Source of the DNA: Octopus vulgaris | Taxonomy: Eukaryota | Direction: 5' to 3' | Length of the DNA: 64,000 nucleotides | NCBI GenBank assembly: GCA_951406725.2 | Contig: OX597814.1 | Location: forward strand, 62,248,001 to 62,312,000 | In this document: positions 13,640 to 25,499 of the stretch, one piece after another | Position numbering within the stretch: position 1 is the first letter of the stretch | How the letters are laid out: the number at the start of each line of letters is the position of its first letter | Made by a program: the position numbers and the translations under genes | The notes under the pieces: generated by a model | Database searches by the model: none | Told to the model about the DNA's origin: nothing | Seen by the model: the letters and a program-made list of their open reading frames with translations, nothing else

Positions 13640-14625
13640 CTAAGAGTTGTCAGACTTAGTCTTGGTCACTTACCCTCGCCTCTGTGAGGCCCAACATTCA
13701 AAGATCATGCTTCACCACCTTGTCCTATATCTCCCTGGGTCTACCTCTTTCATAGGTTTCCTCCACAGTTACAGATCAGCACTTTTTGTACAAAGCTGTC
13801 TTCATCCATACCAGTGCAGTTGTCTCTCTTGCACACCACATCCGATGCCACTTATGAACAACTTTTATCTTTAGATGCTCATACACTTCATTAGATGCAC
13901 ACACACTTCATTTTTTACAAGTCCTCAGCAGTCATAGTCCATGTTTCACTGCCGTATAGCATGGCTGTTCACACACAGGCATGATACAATCTGCCTTTCA
14001 CTCTGAGGGAGAGGCCCTTAGTTACCATCAGAAGTAGGAGCACTCTGAACTTTGCCTAGCCTATTCTTATTCTAGCAGATATGCTCTCAGAGCAACCACC
14101 TCTGCTGCCGACTTGGTCACCTAGACAATGGAATCTATCAGCTACTTCTAGGTATCACCTCTGGCATTTGATGGAGTCTATTTTCCTGTATATTTCTAAT
14201 GTTTATTGTACTTGTGCACCTGCCACAAAGACTATTTTTCCTGTTAACCTTCCTCTAATATTGCTGCACTTCTTGTGTGTCCATAGCTTGCATTGGGTGC
14301 ATCTTATGGAGTTTATACCTATGCCTTTTTTACATATCGAGCAGGGCCGTCTGCTTGAAGGGATTTATGATTTGTCTTCTTTCCTACTTACTAAGACTTT
14401 GGTTTTTGCTACATTTACTTTACAGTCCTTTGATTCTAGTCCTTGCTTTCACACCTGAAATTTCTTCTCTAGTGATTCAGTTATAAGAACAAAGTCATTA
14501 GCATAGAGGAACACCTAGGGACAGCTTGACTGAAATTCCTCTGTTATTGCCTGGAGGACTATGATGAATAAGAGGGGGTTGCGGACTGATCCTTGGTGAA
14601 CCCCTACTTGTACCCTGAACTCGTA
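13640..14625 (-). mobile_element. RTE LINE fragment (same family as 4137)
   Basis: Reverse strand gives VQVGVHQGSVRNPLLFIIVLQAITEEFQ, FLYANDF, GLESKDCKVNVAKTKVL, LRVKGRLYHACVxTAMLYGSETW. Confidence 0.85.
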
Positions 14626-14659
14626 TGCCTATATATATATATACACAAAAGCATATCCA

Positions 14660-15035
14660 CAGAAGTGTGTCCCTTGACTTTGTTCCCTCATTACTTTCAG
14701 AAAAATGGATATTTTATAATTACATTATTTGCAAATGCCTTTTCAGGTGATTATATTGAAATTTAATGTGAAAAAAGATATGGTGGGTGCGCACACGTAC
14801 ATTCTGACACATATAACATGAAGAGATTCAAATGAAACTTGAAATTATGAGAAAATTTATGTGATGCATGTTAGGGTATGAATGTGTGGCTTACTGTTTT
14901 TTTTTTTTTTAATTCATATTAAACTCCGATATAGTCAAAATGTACAATCATCTTAAAACTATTTGTAGAAAATTTCATTAAAAAATATCCATTTTTCTGA
15001 AAGTTATGAGGAAACAAAGTCGGGGAGGGGCACAA
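14660..15035. mobile_element. MITE with ~40-bp terminal inverted repeats
   Basis: GACTTTGTTCCCTCATTACTTTCAGAAAAATGGATATTTT (~14676) is inverted at ~14982-15021 (AAAATATCCATTTTTCTGAAAGTTATGAGGAAACAAAGTC). Confidence 0.7.
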
Positions 15036-15306
15036 CGTGAAAGTATGCACGCACGCACTATATATAAAGGGAAGATTAATTAAATGTAATTAACTGGTTG
15101 ACCCCCACCTACCACCCACCCAAGGAATTCTGGATGGTAATGAAAGAAGGATTAATAAGTACAATCTCGATGCAATCGTTGTAAAATAATTTATGATTAG
15201 ACATTTTAGGGAAAGAGTATTAGTTAATTGAATCGACTCTCGGCATCTTACGAGTACTTATTTCTAGCCCATTTGTTACCCTGACGATAAAAAAATGTCA
15301 ACTATA

Positions 15307-15687
15307 GGCGCAGGCGTGACTGTGTGGTAAGTTTGCTAGTCAACCACATAGTGACACTTTAGGAAAGTATCGGTTAATGTTTACATCTTGACCCATTAAC
15401 CAAAGTGTCTTCTACTATAGTGTCGGGTTGACCAAAGCCTTGTGAGTAGACACGTTAGACGGAAACTGAAAGAAGCCTGTCGTGTATGTGTCTTTGTCCT
15501 CCCCCATACACACCGCTTGACAATCGGTGTTGGTGAGTTGAAGTCCCCATAATATAGTGGTTCGAGCAAAAGAAACCTATAAAGTACCAGGCTTAAAAAG
15601 AAAATAGGTACTAGGGTCGATTCAATCGACTAAAATTCCTCAAGACCGTGCCTCAGCATGGACGCAGTCTAATGACTGAAACAAAAA
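15307..15687 (+). mobile_element. tRNA-derived SINE (recurrent family)
   Basis: A-box-like head GGCGTGACTGTGTGGTAAG, body GACGGAAACTGAAAGAAGCC, 3' end ATGACTGAAACA. Homologous to 22108-22665 and to the split copy at 57415-58760. Confidence 0.75.
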
Positions 15688-18614
15688 GTTATAGCGCAAT
15701 TAGAACTCAGGGAAGCATCCGGTTTTAGTCCTGTAGCAACCACGCTTTGTAAATACATATATGCAACATGTGATGCAAAAAAATTTCCCACAACCATTAT
15801 AGGGAGTGAGAAAAGAAAACTAGTTCGTGTAACAAAATTTTTAAGAATTACATACAAACATAGATGTACATTTTTTCAGTTTGTAGTTACGTAACAATGT
15901 GAAACTGTGTGTTCTAAAAGTGTGATCAACGGAAAAGCCTTACCACTTTTAACGTAAATTTTAGATACAATCAACCTGATACAGTCAGTATATGACAATG
16001 TGGGACCTTTGATTACGGGTGCAATCCATCTGATGGGCTGCTAAGTAGTGTCCGTTAAACCAATTTTACTCACAAACATTGAGTCGACTGGAAGCTAAGT
16101 TAAAAGACACTCATGATGACACGCAACTGGATCGAACCTCATTACTGCGAAGGGAATTTCCTAACTATTCGACCATGCCTACCTCCTATTATTAATTTTT
16201 TTTTCAACCTAACGAGGTGGATTAAACAAATGCCAAACAGAATTTGTTCTTGCTGCAAACCCTTATTATCAGCCGTCGTGAGGGTGGAAAATTGGCAAAA
16301 TCATCAGTGCGTCGGTCAGTGTCTTGCAGTAGTTGTTCTATTTCTTTACATTTTGAGTTCAAAATCTTGTTAAGATTAACTAGTTGATATAATGGACTAA
16401 CCCCTCCCTCACAAATTAAAAATCTTGTGCTTATATTAGAAACATTTTTTTATTGTAGATTCCAATGCCGCGAGCTGGCAGAATCGTCAGCGTGTTGGAT
16501 AAAATACTTAGCTACATTTCTTCAACTTTGCCTTTCATCCTCTCAGATCGATAAAATAAGTACCAGTCGACTAGCCCCTATCCACAAAGAGAATTATTAC
16601 TGTTGATTCTGTTTTTCACGCAAGGGAGCGACAAAATATGTACTTGTAAAATACCGAGTCGATTCACTCGACCATATATTTATATAAGTGGTCTTATGCC
16701 AATACAAGATATCATTATTATAATCAGTGTGCAGTGCTAAACAAGTTTAATCTCTACGATAATTATGTATTAATTAAAATATATTAGATCATTCCATTCA
16801 TCATCAAGCTGATCGTAACATAATATGATATTGCAATTATGGATACACAAAAATCATACGTAGTGCTTTATTACAGAGAAACAGACTCCTCCCACGCAAA
16901 AGCATGTTAGAAAAAAAATTATACCTATCCTTTAATGCCTTAGCTGTGATTATGATCTTGACAAGCTACTTCCGTCCGCCACCTAATTACATACATTGAA
17001 TTAACAATGTGATAACATTAAATACAAGGGTACAACATTTTGAAATGAAAAAATCAATTAGATCGACACAGTACTTGACTGGTGTTTATATTGTATCGAC
17101 CCCTGAAGGATGAAAGGTGAAGTCAACTTCAATAGGATGTAATAACCAAAGATACTTTCCATCAAGAATTCAAGAATTCATTTGGTTATTTTACAAAAAA
17201 CAGAATGAATATCCGATGATTATGCAATAATACAGCAATAATTGTATGTGTTTTCATTAAAAAAAAATCATGCTGCTTTCAAGGGCATTAATTGACCAAG
17301 ATAGCGACATACAGGAATTGAAACCAAGAATGCAAACATAGCTCATCAGGAGCCGAGTTATTTCGTTTAAACTAATTACACAGACATTACACACACGTCT
17401 CCACATACATACACATACAGATGGGGGACACCTGATTAAGAAATGAAAAATAGATAGGATCCTATGACGTTCATAACTCTCACCGGTCTATTTACTCCAA
17501 CTGTAATTAGCTGTAGTGTATCTAACAATTAAGGAAACAGATTTAGCTGTTCTGATTTTGAGTTAGGAAAAAGTACATACGTGTGTATACACACACACAT
17601 AAACAGATATATATATATATATTGGGCAACGTTTCGATTATGGTCTTAACGAAACGTTGCCCATAGACAGAGACACACACACATCATTGTACATGTGTTT
17701 GTTGAGAAAGACAGAAGTTAATAAACGGTATAATGATATACAACAGAAAAACCAAAAATGCCTCCAAAAGTAAATAAAAATAGCGATGAAAGAAATGCAT
17801 AAAAATAGCACGCGTTTGCATTGACATTGAAATCTCCTTTCAAATATTGAAGAACCATTCTTACGCTAGAGGAGAAAAGTCGGGCAAGTAGACAAGCCGC
17901 CTAATGCTATCTAACCGAACGGCATTGCTAAACACGAGATATTTTCTCTATTGCACCTTCACTTATTATCTGCTTCAAGATCTGTTCAAAATATCTTTTA
18001 AATATATTAGGAAGACCAAGTAAATAGATCATTGTTTGTTCTCTGCAGAATAAATTTACTTTTCTATTTTTACAGAAAAATAAGGCGAGGGAATTGTCAA
18101 CCGAATCGACCTTAATGTAACGCAGGTACTTATCGTATGGATAATCATAAGATGAAGAGAACAAAGCAAAGTGAATCAGAAAAAGAAATATAGTAAAAGT
18201 GACAACGATGTATCGTATTTTTAATAGAAAAATAAAATACTGAAGATAATCCCAGTTGATTAGTAAATCCAATAACAGATGACACATAAGGGTGGGGGTA
18301 AACGACAGGGCTCTTTCACAGATGGACATGAATATTTATTTTATCGACCTTCAGATGAAATAAAAGCCGAAACGACTTAGCTGAAATTAGAACACGGAGA
18401 GAGAACTTAAATTCCGTCTCAATCTTCAGTCTGTAAAGCGTGTGTACTTCTAGGAGCTATTTGACCGGTAATAAAACATTTGTACAAAAATTAATTGATC
18501 CAAAATGTGATTCACAAATGTATTGCATGTAAATGTTGGCATAATTATATGTAAACATGACAGTATGTTTTGTTGTTTTTTTTTTAATATCTAGAATCTA
18601 AATGCAATACTCAC

Positions 18615-18654
18615 GATCTCCGACTAATAAAATCCTGACGTCTTTTCGAACCAT
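18615..18654 (-). CDS. RHOT1: Mitochondrial Rho GTPase (Miro) first coding exon
   Basis: ATG at 18654 (context AAAATGG) gives MVRKDVRILLVGD plus 1 nt, then a GTGAGT donor. Matches the Miro N-terminus (MKKDVRILLVGE) with the expected phase-1 intron. The call rests on only 13 codons, and RHOT1 vs RHOT2 cannot be distinguished. Confidence 0.85.
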
Positions 18655-18859
18655 TTTTGAGGTTGGTTGGTTAATCACAGATAAATGCCGTCAAGATAGG
18701 GAGCTTTTAATTCTGAAGTTAATGAGTGGTATATAATGTCTTCATCAAACTCTCAAATATAATTTGATAAAGTGCAGTCAGACACACCACTCTGAATAAA
18801 ATTCAGAAAAATACAACCGAAACGACCTGGTCCGACCCATCGCACATTTGTCTTCTTCC

Positions 18860-19160
18860 TTACTAATGATATCGTACTAAGAAAAAATTTGCGACTAAGA
18901 GGCAAAATTCTTAGATGGAAGTTTGAATAAATCCCTATTTTGTTATGTGAAAGTGCTATGTACAAACGTAGGAAACGTTTTCCGTATAAGAAAAGGTTGA
19001 GTAACAGCTAATATGGCAGAGCGTAAGCCTCATGACAGCGCCATCTTAGCTCAACGATTTGTCGTTTATTCACAAGTACGCATGCGTGAAACTTAATGGA
19101 AAGTGACTTCAATATCGTCTGCTAATTTTTTTTTTATCCGATTTTGCGACTGTCGCAAAA
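18860..19160 (-). promoter_or_regulatory. Putative Miro core promoter
   Basis: Locally CpG-retaining. YY1-type AAGATGGCGC on the minus strand (19047-19038), NRF1-like palindrome ACGCATGCGT (19078-19087), and palindrome TTTTGCGAC-T-GTCGCAAAA (19142-19160). Confidence 0.5.
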
Positions 19161-19182
19161 CATAAACTAAAATAAGGAAATA

Positions 19183-19616
19183 TCAGCGGAATTCTGGTTT
19201 AAGAATCTCATGTAACCCTTCATAACTATTTCATTTTTTGGAATTTCCAGAATTTTTTTGCGAATTTGCGTTCTACACACGGGAATTCATACAGTTATAT
19301 ATATATGAAATCTTTTTTTAATACTTAAAAAAAAAACCTTCCTTGGGTACATCATTATTCCATTAAATGTGTTTAAGTACAGAAAAATATTGAAAAATAT
19401 CAATACATGTCAGAGTGACAAAAGAAACAAGGATGGCATCAGGTTGTTGAGGGATGTGCTAAATTGCCCTTAAATGACACACAATTTGAGGGGAGGATAA
19501 TCATATGAATTTTCATGTGTACCACACAAATTCACAAAAATTTTATGAAAATTCCAAAAGATAGAATAAACAGTTATGAGGGGTTATATGGGGTACTTGA
19601 ACCAGAATTCTGCTGA
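19183..19616. mobile_element. MITE with long imperfect TIRs and AATA target duplication
   Basis: TCAGCGGAATTCTGGTTTAAG... versus ...CTTGAACCAGAATTCTGCTGA; ~65-bp inverted arms; AATA on both sides. Confidence 0.7.
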
Positions 19617-20320
19617 AATAACTTGTAAAAAGTCGCCAAGTTCCTTTGATCATAAGCAACACAATGGCTTCATCTGATTCTTTGTTCAGTAGGAGCTTTA
19701 TCTTTTAGTCTACATTTAAAATTTTATAAGAAGTTAATTATTCTTTCATATTTCATTAAAAAAAAGTTATTCATATGAAGAAGGACAGAGCTCATGCTCT
19801 ATGCATAACCTCTCTGATTTGTCTCACTGACATGGCTGAGATCAAGTTAGAACATCTTCTGGTGAATGCTTTCAAGAATAACGTGTGGAGTGGAAACCAT
19901 GAGGGAGGATAATCTGAACTTTCCACTAAGAGTAAGATTTACTTAAGCCCTGGAGAACTCAATGGTGGTGTTAAATTGATTGGCAAGATATATTTCAACA
20001 CAAACCAAAGTATATCATCATCATCGTTTAACGTCTGCTTTCCATGCTGGCATGGGTTGGACATGTGTATATAATCATTATCAATATCATATACTAGTAG
20101 AATCATTAGCACGCTGGGCAAAATGCTTAGTGACACTTCATCTATCTAAATATTCTAAGTTCAAATTCTGTCATGGTTGACTTTGCCTTTCATCTTTTCA
20201 AGATTGATAAAATAAGTACCATTTGAGGACTGGGGTTGATGTAATCAACCAGCTCCTTCCCTCAAATTTGCTGACCTTGTATTAAAATTTGAAATTAATA
20301 TCACATATTTTATGCATGTA

Positions 20321-20527
20321 TGTTATTAAATGTTACAAAGCTGCAGTATTTCATCAAAGGGGGGACTTTTCAAAAATGTATAGAGTTAAAAAAGCACAGC
20401 TTACTTCAAAACTGGGTGAAACAAAATTGCTCAGAAATGAACAAAAGCAACAGATATTGATATTGGTATTTCACAGTTATTTCTGTTGCCTTAGATGAAA
20501 TACTGCAGCTCTATAACATTTAACACA
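20321..20527. mobile_element. Short MITE / inverted repeat
   Basis: TTAAATGTTACAAAGCTGCAGTATTTCATC versus GATGAAATACTGCAGCTCTATAACATTTAA. Confidence 0.6.
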
Positions 20528-21129
20528 ACAGAAGCATTAAGTTTGTAATGTTGATAATGGTTACATTATTGAGTTGCTTCTACCACTAAATTTGAATTTT
20601 GCTCTACTTGTGCAATACTTTTTCACATCAGCAAATAGATTTTATACTATTTGTATACATTCTTCTAGCTAGTTGTTGTGACTCACTTTAGAAGCTGAGG
20701 AGTACACCACACTGAAGAGTGAAAATAACTGCAAAATATTGGTAGCTGTTGTTCACTCCCAAGGCAATTTCATTTCACTTAGCTTTGAAGTATGCTGTTT
20801 TTTAAGTCTTTATGATGTCTTCTTTAGACAAAATACAACAGCTTTGTAGTGTTTTTCTAACACACATAGATTAAGTATGTGATGTTGATAATGTTTACAA
20901 TATTAAGCTGTTTCTAACACATTTGAGTATGTATACATATATATAATTCAAATTTACAGAAAACAAAAGATGAAAAGTGTAGGAACAACGAGCAGTTGTA
21001 TTAGTTAAACACTTGGAAAAATAGAAAAGTCTTTTGAGCCTATGCTCTTCGATTAAGTGGGGGAAAATGAGACAGAATGGAAAACAATGTGTGCGTGTGT
21101 GTGTGTGTATAATGATCTAACATCTAAGG

Positions 21130-21790
21130 ATATGTGCTTAGTTACCAACAATTCCAACTCAGATACATTGGTGCCATATCTTTCTTAATTTCCTTTGAAA
21201 ATGTCTTTGAACCATTTCCTTTATCCTCTTCATGTATGCTCACCTTTGTTGGCTGGTTATCAAAGAGTTGTTTGGTCAACCAATGGTTTAGCATTTGTAA
21301 GACACAGCTAGCCTATTGAAGCTAATCATTGTTTCACTGCAGGTGATATCGGCTTGGTGAGTACACTGATATTTCTCCCTCTCTTTTGCCAATGGATGAG
21401 TACAATTTTCCTAAAATTTCTGGTGGTATATTTCCAGGGAATGAAGTTGTCATGATAAATTATCCGCATTTCTTTTCTGTATGTTTGACTTGTCATGATT
21501 TTCATATACTGTTTTCTCAAACAGCCAAAAAAAGGTTATGCTGATACATTTTATTTGATGAGGGATCTCCTTATCATTATCTGTGTTCTGTGACAGACAA
21601 CTACCCAAATATGGAAGTACTCTATATTTTCAACACTCTATCTATCCATGCACTCTATTGGCTGGATTGGGTTCCTGCTTGTTGGGTTTTCAGTAATACA
21701 AAATCCATTTTTGACTTATGCTGACATATCCACAACCCTATTTGCATTACCGAAAATGTCAGTTATCATAGTTCTGTTGAAGTCACACCA
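21130..21790 (-). mobile_element. Decayed RTE-type LINE RT fragment
   Basis: Reverse strand shows PYLGSCLSQNTDNDKEIPHQIK and downstream RTE-like remnants. Confidence 0.5.
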
Positions 21791-22107
21791 GTGCATCACT
21801 AGTGTACTGAAGTTCAGTTATTAAGACAGAGCTTGTCAGAGTTGAGTAACTTGCCATCTGTACAACATGAAATCAGGGCAAATGAGAACTTACCCACAGT
21901 GAATTTGAGCATAGTTGAAAGAAATTTGGAAAAGAGAGTAGGGAAAAAATTACATATCCCTAACTTTATCCAGTTCTCACATCTAACAGTTCCGTTGTGG
22001 AAGGCAGGAACTGCATGTGTTTTGCTTTTTTTATGTAGTCTTATGGAAACCACCTGATTGTGGTAAATTTTTGTTGGTTGCCAAATTGAGGAAATAATTT
22101 CCACAAA

Positions 22108-22665
22108 GCAGATACATGCGTGGCTGTGTGGTTAGAAGATTGCTTCCCAACCACTTGGTTCAGAGTCTCACTGTGTGGCACCATGGGCAACTGTCTTCTA
22201 CTATAGCCTCAGACCAACCAAAGCTTCATGAATGGATTTGGGAGACAGAAACTAAAAAAAACCAGTGTGTGTGTGTGTCTTTGTGTCTGTGTTAAAGGCA
22301 AAATTCTTCTGTAATGACTACAATCTGACTTGCTGTTATGAAATAATAATTGTTTCAGTGGATCTGGTGGACAAAAACTAAAAGAAGCCCATCATATGTG
22401 TGTGCATGTGTGTGTGTGTATGTGTGTGTGTGTGTGTGTGTGTATGTGCGTGTGTCTTTGTGTCTGTGTTTGTCTCCCATACCACTCAACAACTGGTGTT
22501 GGTGTGTTTACATCTCCGTGACTTAGCAGTCTGGCAGAAGAGACTGATGGACTAACTACAAGGCTTTACAAAAATGAGTCCTAGGGTAGATTTTTCAACT
22601 AAAACCCCTCAAGGTGGTGCTCCACCATGACCATGGTCAACTGACTGAAACAAGTGAAAAAATAA
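22108..22665 (+). mobile_element. tRNA-derived SINE with internal (TG)n
   Basis: Head GCGTGGCTGTGTGGTTAGAAG...GGTTCAGAGTC; homologous to the 15307 copy. Confidence 0.75.
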
Positions 22666-22740
22666 AGGAATGTGTGTGTATGTGTACACACACACACACA
22701 TGCGCGCACACATACATACACATACATATAAACATTCGTA

Positions 22741-24588
22741 TGTAGTGTTTAGATGGAACTACTGTTGAAGTGAAGATATAAGGTTCTCACAATGGAGATA
22801 CGAGGGGCGTTCTATAAGTAATGCCCCTGACCCACTTCCCATAGCAGTAGAGCAACGAAACTTGGCACAGTTATTAGTCTTTTTCTACATAGGAACCACC
22901 CAGAGTTACGCATTTCTCCCATCGTTTGATGCAGCTCTGAAGACCATTTTTGTAGAAGACCCCAGCTTGGTCCTCCAACCACGACGTGACTTCAGAAATC
23001 AAGGCTGCATCATCTGGGAAACGCTTTCCTTTCAAAAACAACTTAATGGCTGGGAAGAGGTGAAAATCAGAGGGTGCAGGTCAGGAAATGGGGGATGAGT
23101 TCATAGCCGCACGCCTGTGCTTCTGATCTGGCGACACGCGAGTTGTGGATCGGAGCGTTGTCCTGCAGGAGGAGGATGCCTTTGCTGATCTTGTTCCGCC
23201 TCTTGGTTTTGATAGCTTCTCTTAATTTCCTCAAAAGTGAAGCATAATAGACTCCTGTAATTGTGGCACCCTTTGCCAAGAAATCTGTCATCACTACTCC
23301 GTCCTGGTCCCAGAAGACTGTGAGCATGACCTTGCCAGCAGAGGGCTGCACCCTTGCCTTCTTTGGAGGAGGTGAGTCACGGTGCTTCCACTGCATTGAC
23401 TGGTCTCTGGATCATAGTGATGGACCCAGGTATCATCCTGTGTAATCAGTCTTTTGAAAAATTTTGACTCATCTTCTTGGCACATCTTCAAATTCATCCT
23501 CGCGCTATCGACGCGTTCTTGCTTCTGGAAAGGTGTGAGCAGCCTGGGAATCCATCTGGCAGACACCTTTTGCATATGCAAATGGTCATGAATGATAGTT
23601 TCCACAGACCCGGTACTAATATTGACCTCATGGGCTATTTGGCGAATAGTTATGCGTCGATCTTCCAAAATGGCAGCCTCAACTTGACGGACAGATGCCT
23701 CGTCAATGGCAGAAGGGGGCGACCAGATCTGGGAGCTGTTTCCACAAAGTTCCGACCATGTTTGAATTCACGATGCCAGCGTTTTACAAGGTCATATGAT
23801 GGGGCATCATCACCATAAGTTACTTTTATTTCATCAAAATTCTCCCGTGGTGTGCGTCCTTTCAAATACAAAAACCGCATCACTGCTCGACACTCAACAG
23901 GCTCCGTTTCACACTTGACTCAGTTCAAACACCTGTAAATCAGAAACCACAATTAGTTCAGAGCTGTAATTTGCCACTTAATCTATAGAGATATAGGTAA
24001 TTGCACATGCAAAATTTCAGCTAGATCAAACAACTGCAAGTGGGTCAGAGGCATTACTTATAGAACGCCCCTCGTATCAAGGGAAAAAGAACACTGAAAA
24101 ATACAGAACAATATTTACAGATTTATTTGCTCACAACTGTTAATAAGACAGATAACAGTAATTGTGCATAGTTGACACTGGCAATGTGTTGATATGTTTG
24201 TCACTTGCAGGTTGTTGGTAGTTGTGCATTCTGCTGACATAGAGGAAGAAAGAGTAAGGATTGCACTCTGCTGATAGAGAGAAGAAAGGATAAAGATGGC
24301 ATTGTCTATTTATGATTCTGGCTGAAAGCTGATCTTCAGATGTTGAGAGAAAGTCAGAGATGAGATCAAGAAATACCCTTTGTTATATAGTCTATGTCCA
24401 GGAAAGTAGGTCAAATCCTAAACAATGGACTGACCTTTCTGTTACCAACAAAATGTTCTGGGTCTAGTGTTTCCTATTAATCATCTGGTATGGAGATGCA
24501 AACACAAAGGATTTTACACTTGTTTGACAAGCAATAAGCAAATGGATTTGGTTTCAAATCTCAGGCAGGGCCAAGCAAGGTCCTTACA
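22741..24588 (-). mobile_element. Solo LTR (probably gypsy) interrupted by a mariner
   Basis: TGTAG...TTACA termini with CGTA/CATA flanks (CpG-decayed 4-bp TSD). Homologous to 42169-42812 (shared TATATAG, GTAGGTCAAA, GGACTGACCTTT, AATCATCTGGT, TGGTTTCAAATC). Confidence 0.75.
22801..24074 (-). mobile_element. Full-length mariner (irritans-like) with frameshifted transposase
   Basis: 37-bp TIRs CGAGGGGCGTTCTATAAGTAATGCC(C/T)CTGACCCACTT with 1 mismatch, TA TSD, 1274 bp. Motifs RFLYLKG, WIPRLLT, ITQDDTWVHHYDPE, SAGKVMLTVFWD and LLQDNAPIH lie in three frames; the start appears mutated to ACG. Confidence 0.93.
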
Positions 24589-24699
24589 CATAGATGAATG
24601 GAAGATAAGAAATCTCCCAAAACATGAATAGTCAAAAATTAAATACACCGACAAAAATCTAATATAACTATCTTTATAGAGTTCAAGCTCAAAATAAAT

Positions 24700-25215
24700 A
24701 TTCAAACCATTCTACCTATAATAGAATTCCTCAACAAAACTTTAGTAGAACATTAATGTCAAGGAAAACTGAAGGAAGTCCCACAGTATAACAAACATTC
24801 TAACCATTTACCTTCTGTAATAATAAGCTTAGTCAACAACATAAACAGGCATATCTCTGCAATCATTCAATGAAACAATATTCAACCAAGCATCATCTTC
24901 CAACAATGAAACCTTAAAACAAATAAGTTCAAAGAAAAATGAGAATACATGCCAAAAACTTACACAAATGAAACATAAATCAAAGAAAAACAGAGAATGA
25001 AACATCATTTGATTCAACTCACTTTTCAACCTAAACGTAGCAACTTCCTAACATTAATTACCTAATACTTCCCAGGAACTACACAAAAGTTAGCAACGGC
25101 TGAGCTATAAACAAGCATCTATCTAAAAAATCCACAGCTCATGGCCACAAACAAATGCAACTCCAACAGATCAAATTCATGCTTGTTAAAACAAAAATGC
25201 CTTGAAAAAGACATT
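24700..25215 (+). mobile_element. Penelope-like retroelement ORF remnant (RT thumb/linker)
   Basis: Remnants of LVNNINR, FNETIFNQA, RxxNII(W)FNS.FNLNVAT, TKVS and KCNSNRSNSCLLKQKCLEKDI, which resemble the PLE RT-to-GIY-YIG linker. Confidence 0.6.
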
Positions 25216-25499
25216 TCAAGGTAACAGTATTGCAAATGGAATAAACATTGCAAAACAAGGAGTGAAGGTTGGTATTATCCGCACAAGAGTTGATGTTGTT
25301 GGTGGTGACAGTATGCAAAGAAAGAAAGAATGAGTGAATATTGAACTTTGACCCATATCAGAGTTGTGAAAGAAGGAGAAGAGAGAGAAAGCTATCAGTC
25401 GATGCTGCAATTGTGATGGTGCAATCAGGTAAGATGTTTCCAACTTAAATGACAAGATGTGGATGGAGTCCATAGGTCATCAATTTAGGTCTTGAAATT

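Noticed and set aside
17484-17510. Possible minus-strand microexon of Miro (CAG...GTGAG)
   Set aside because: The 27-nt version has an in-frame stop, the 17-nt version shifts frame, and neither resembles Miro exon 2.
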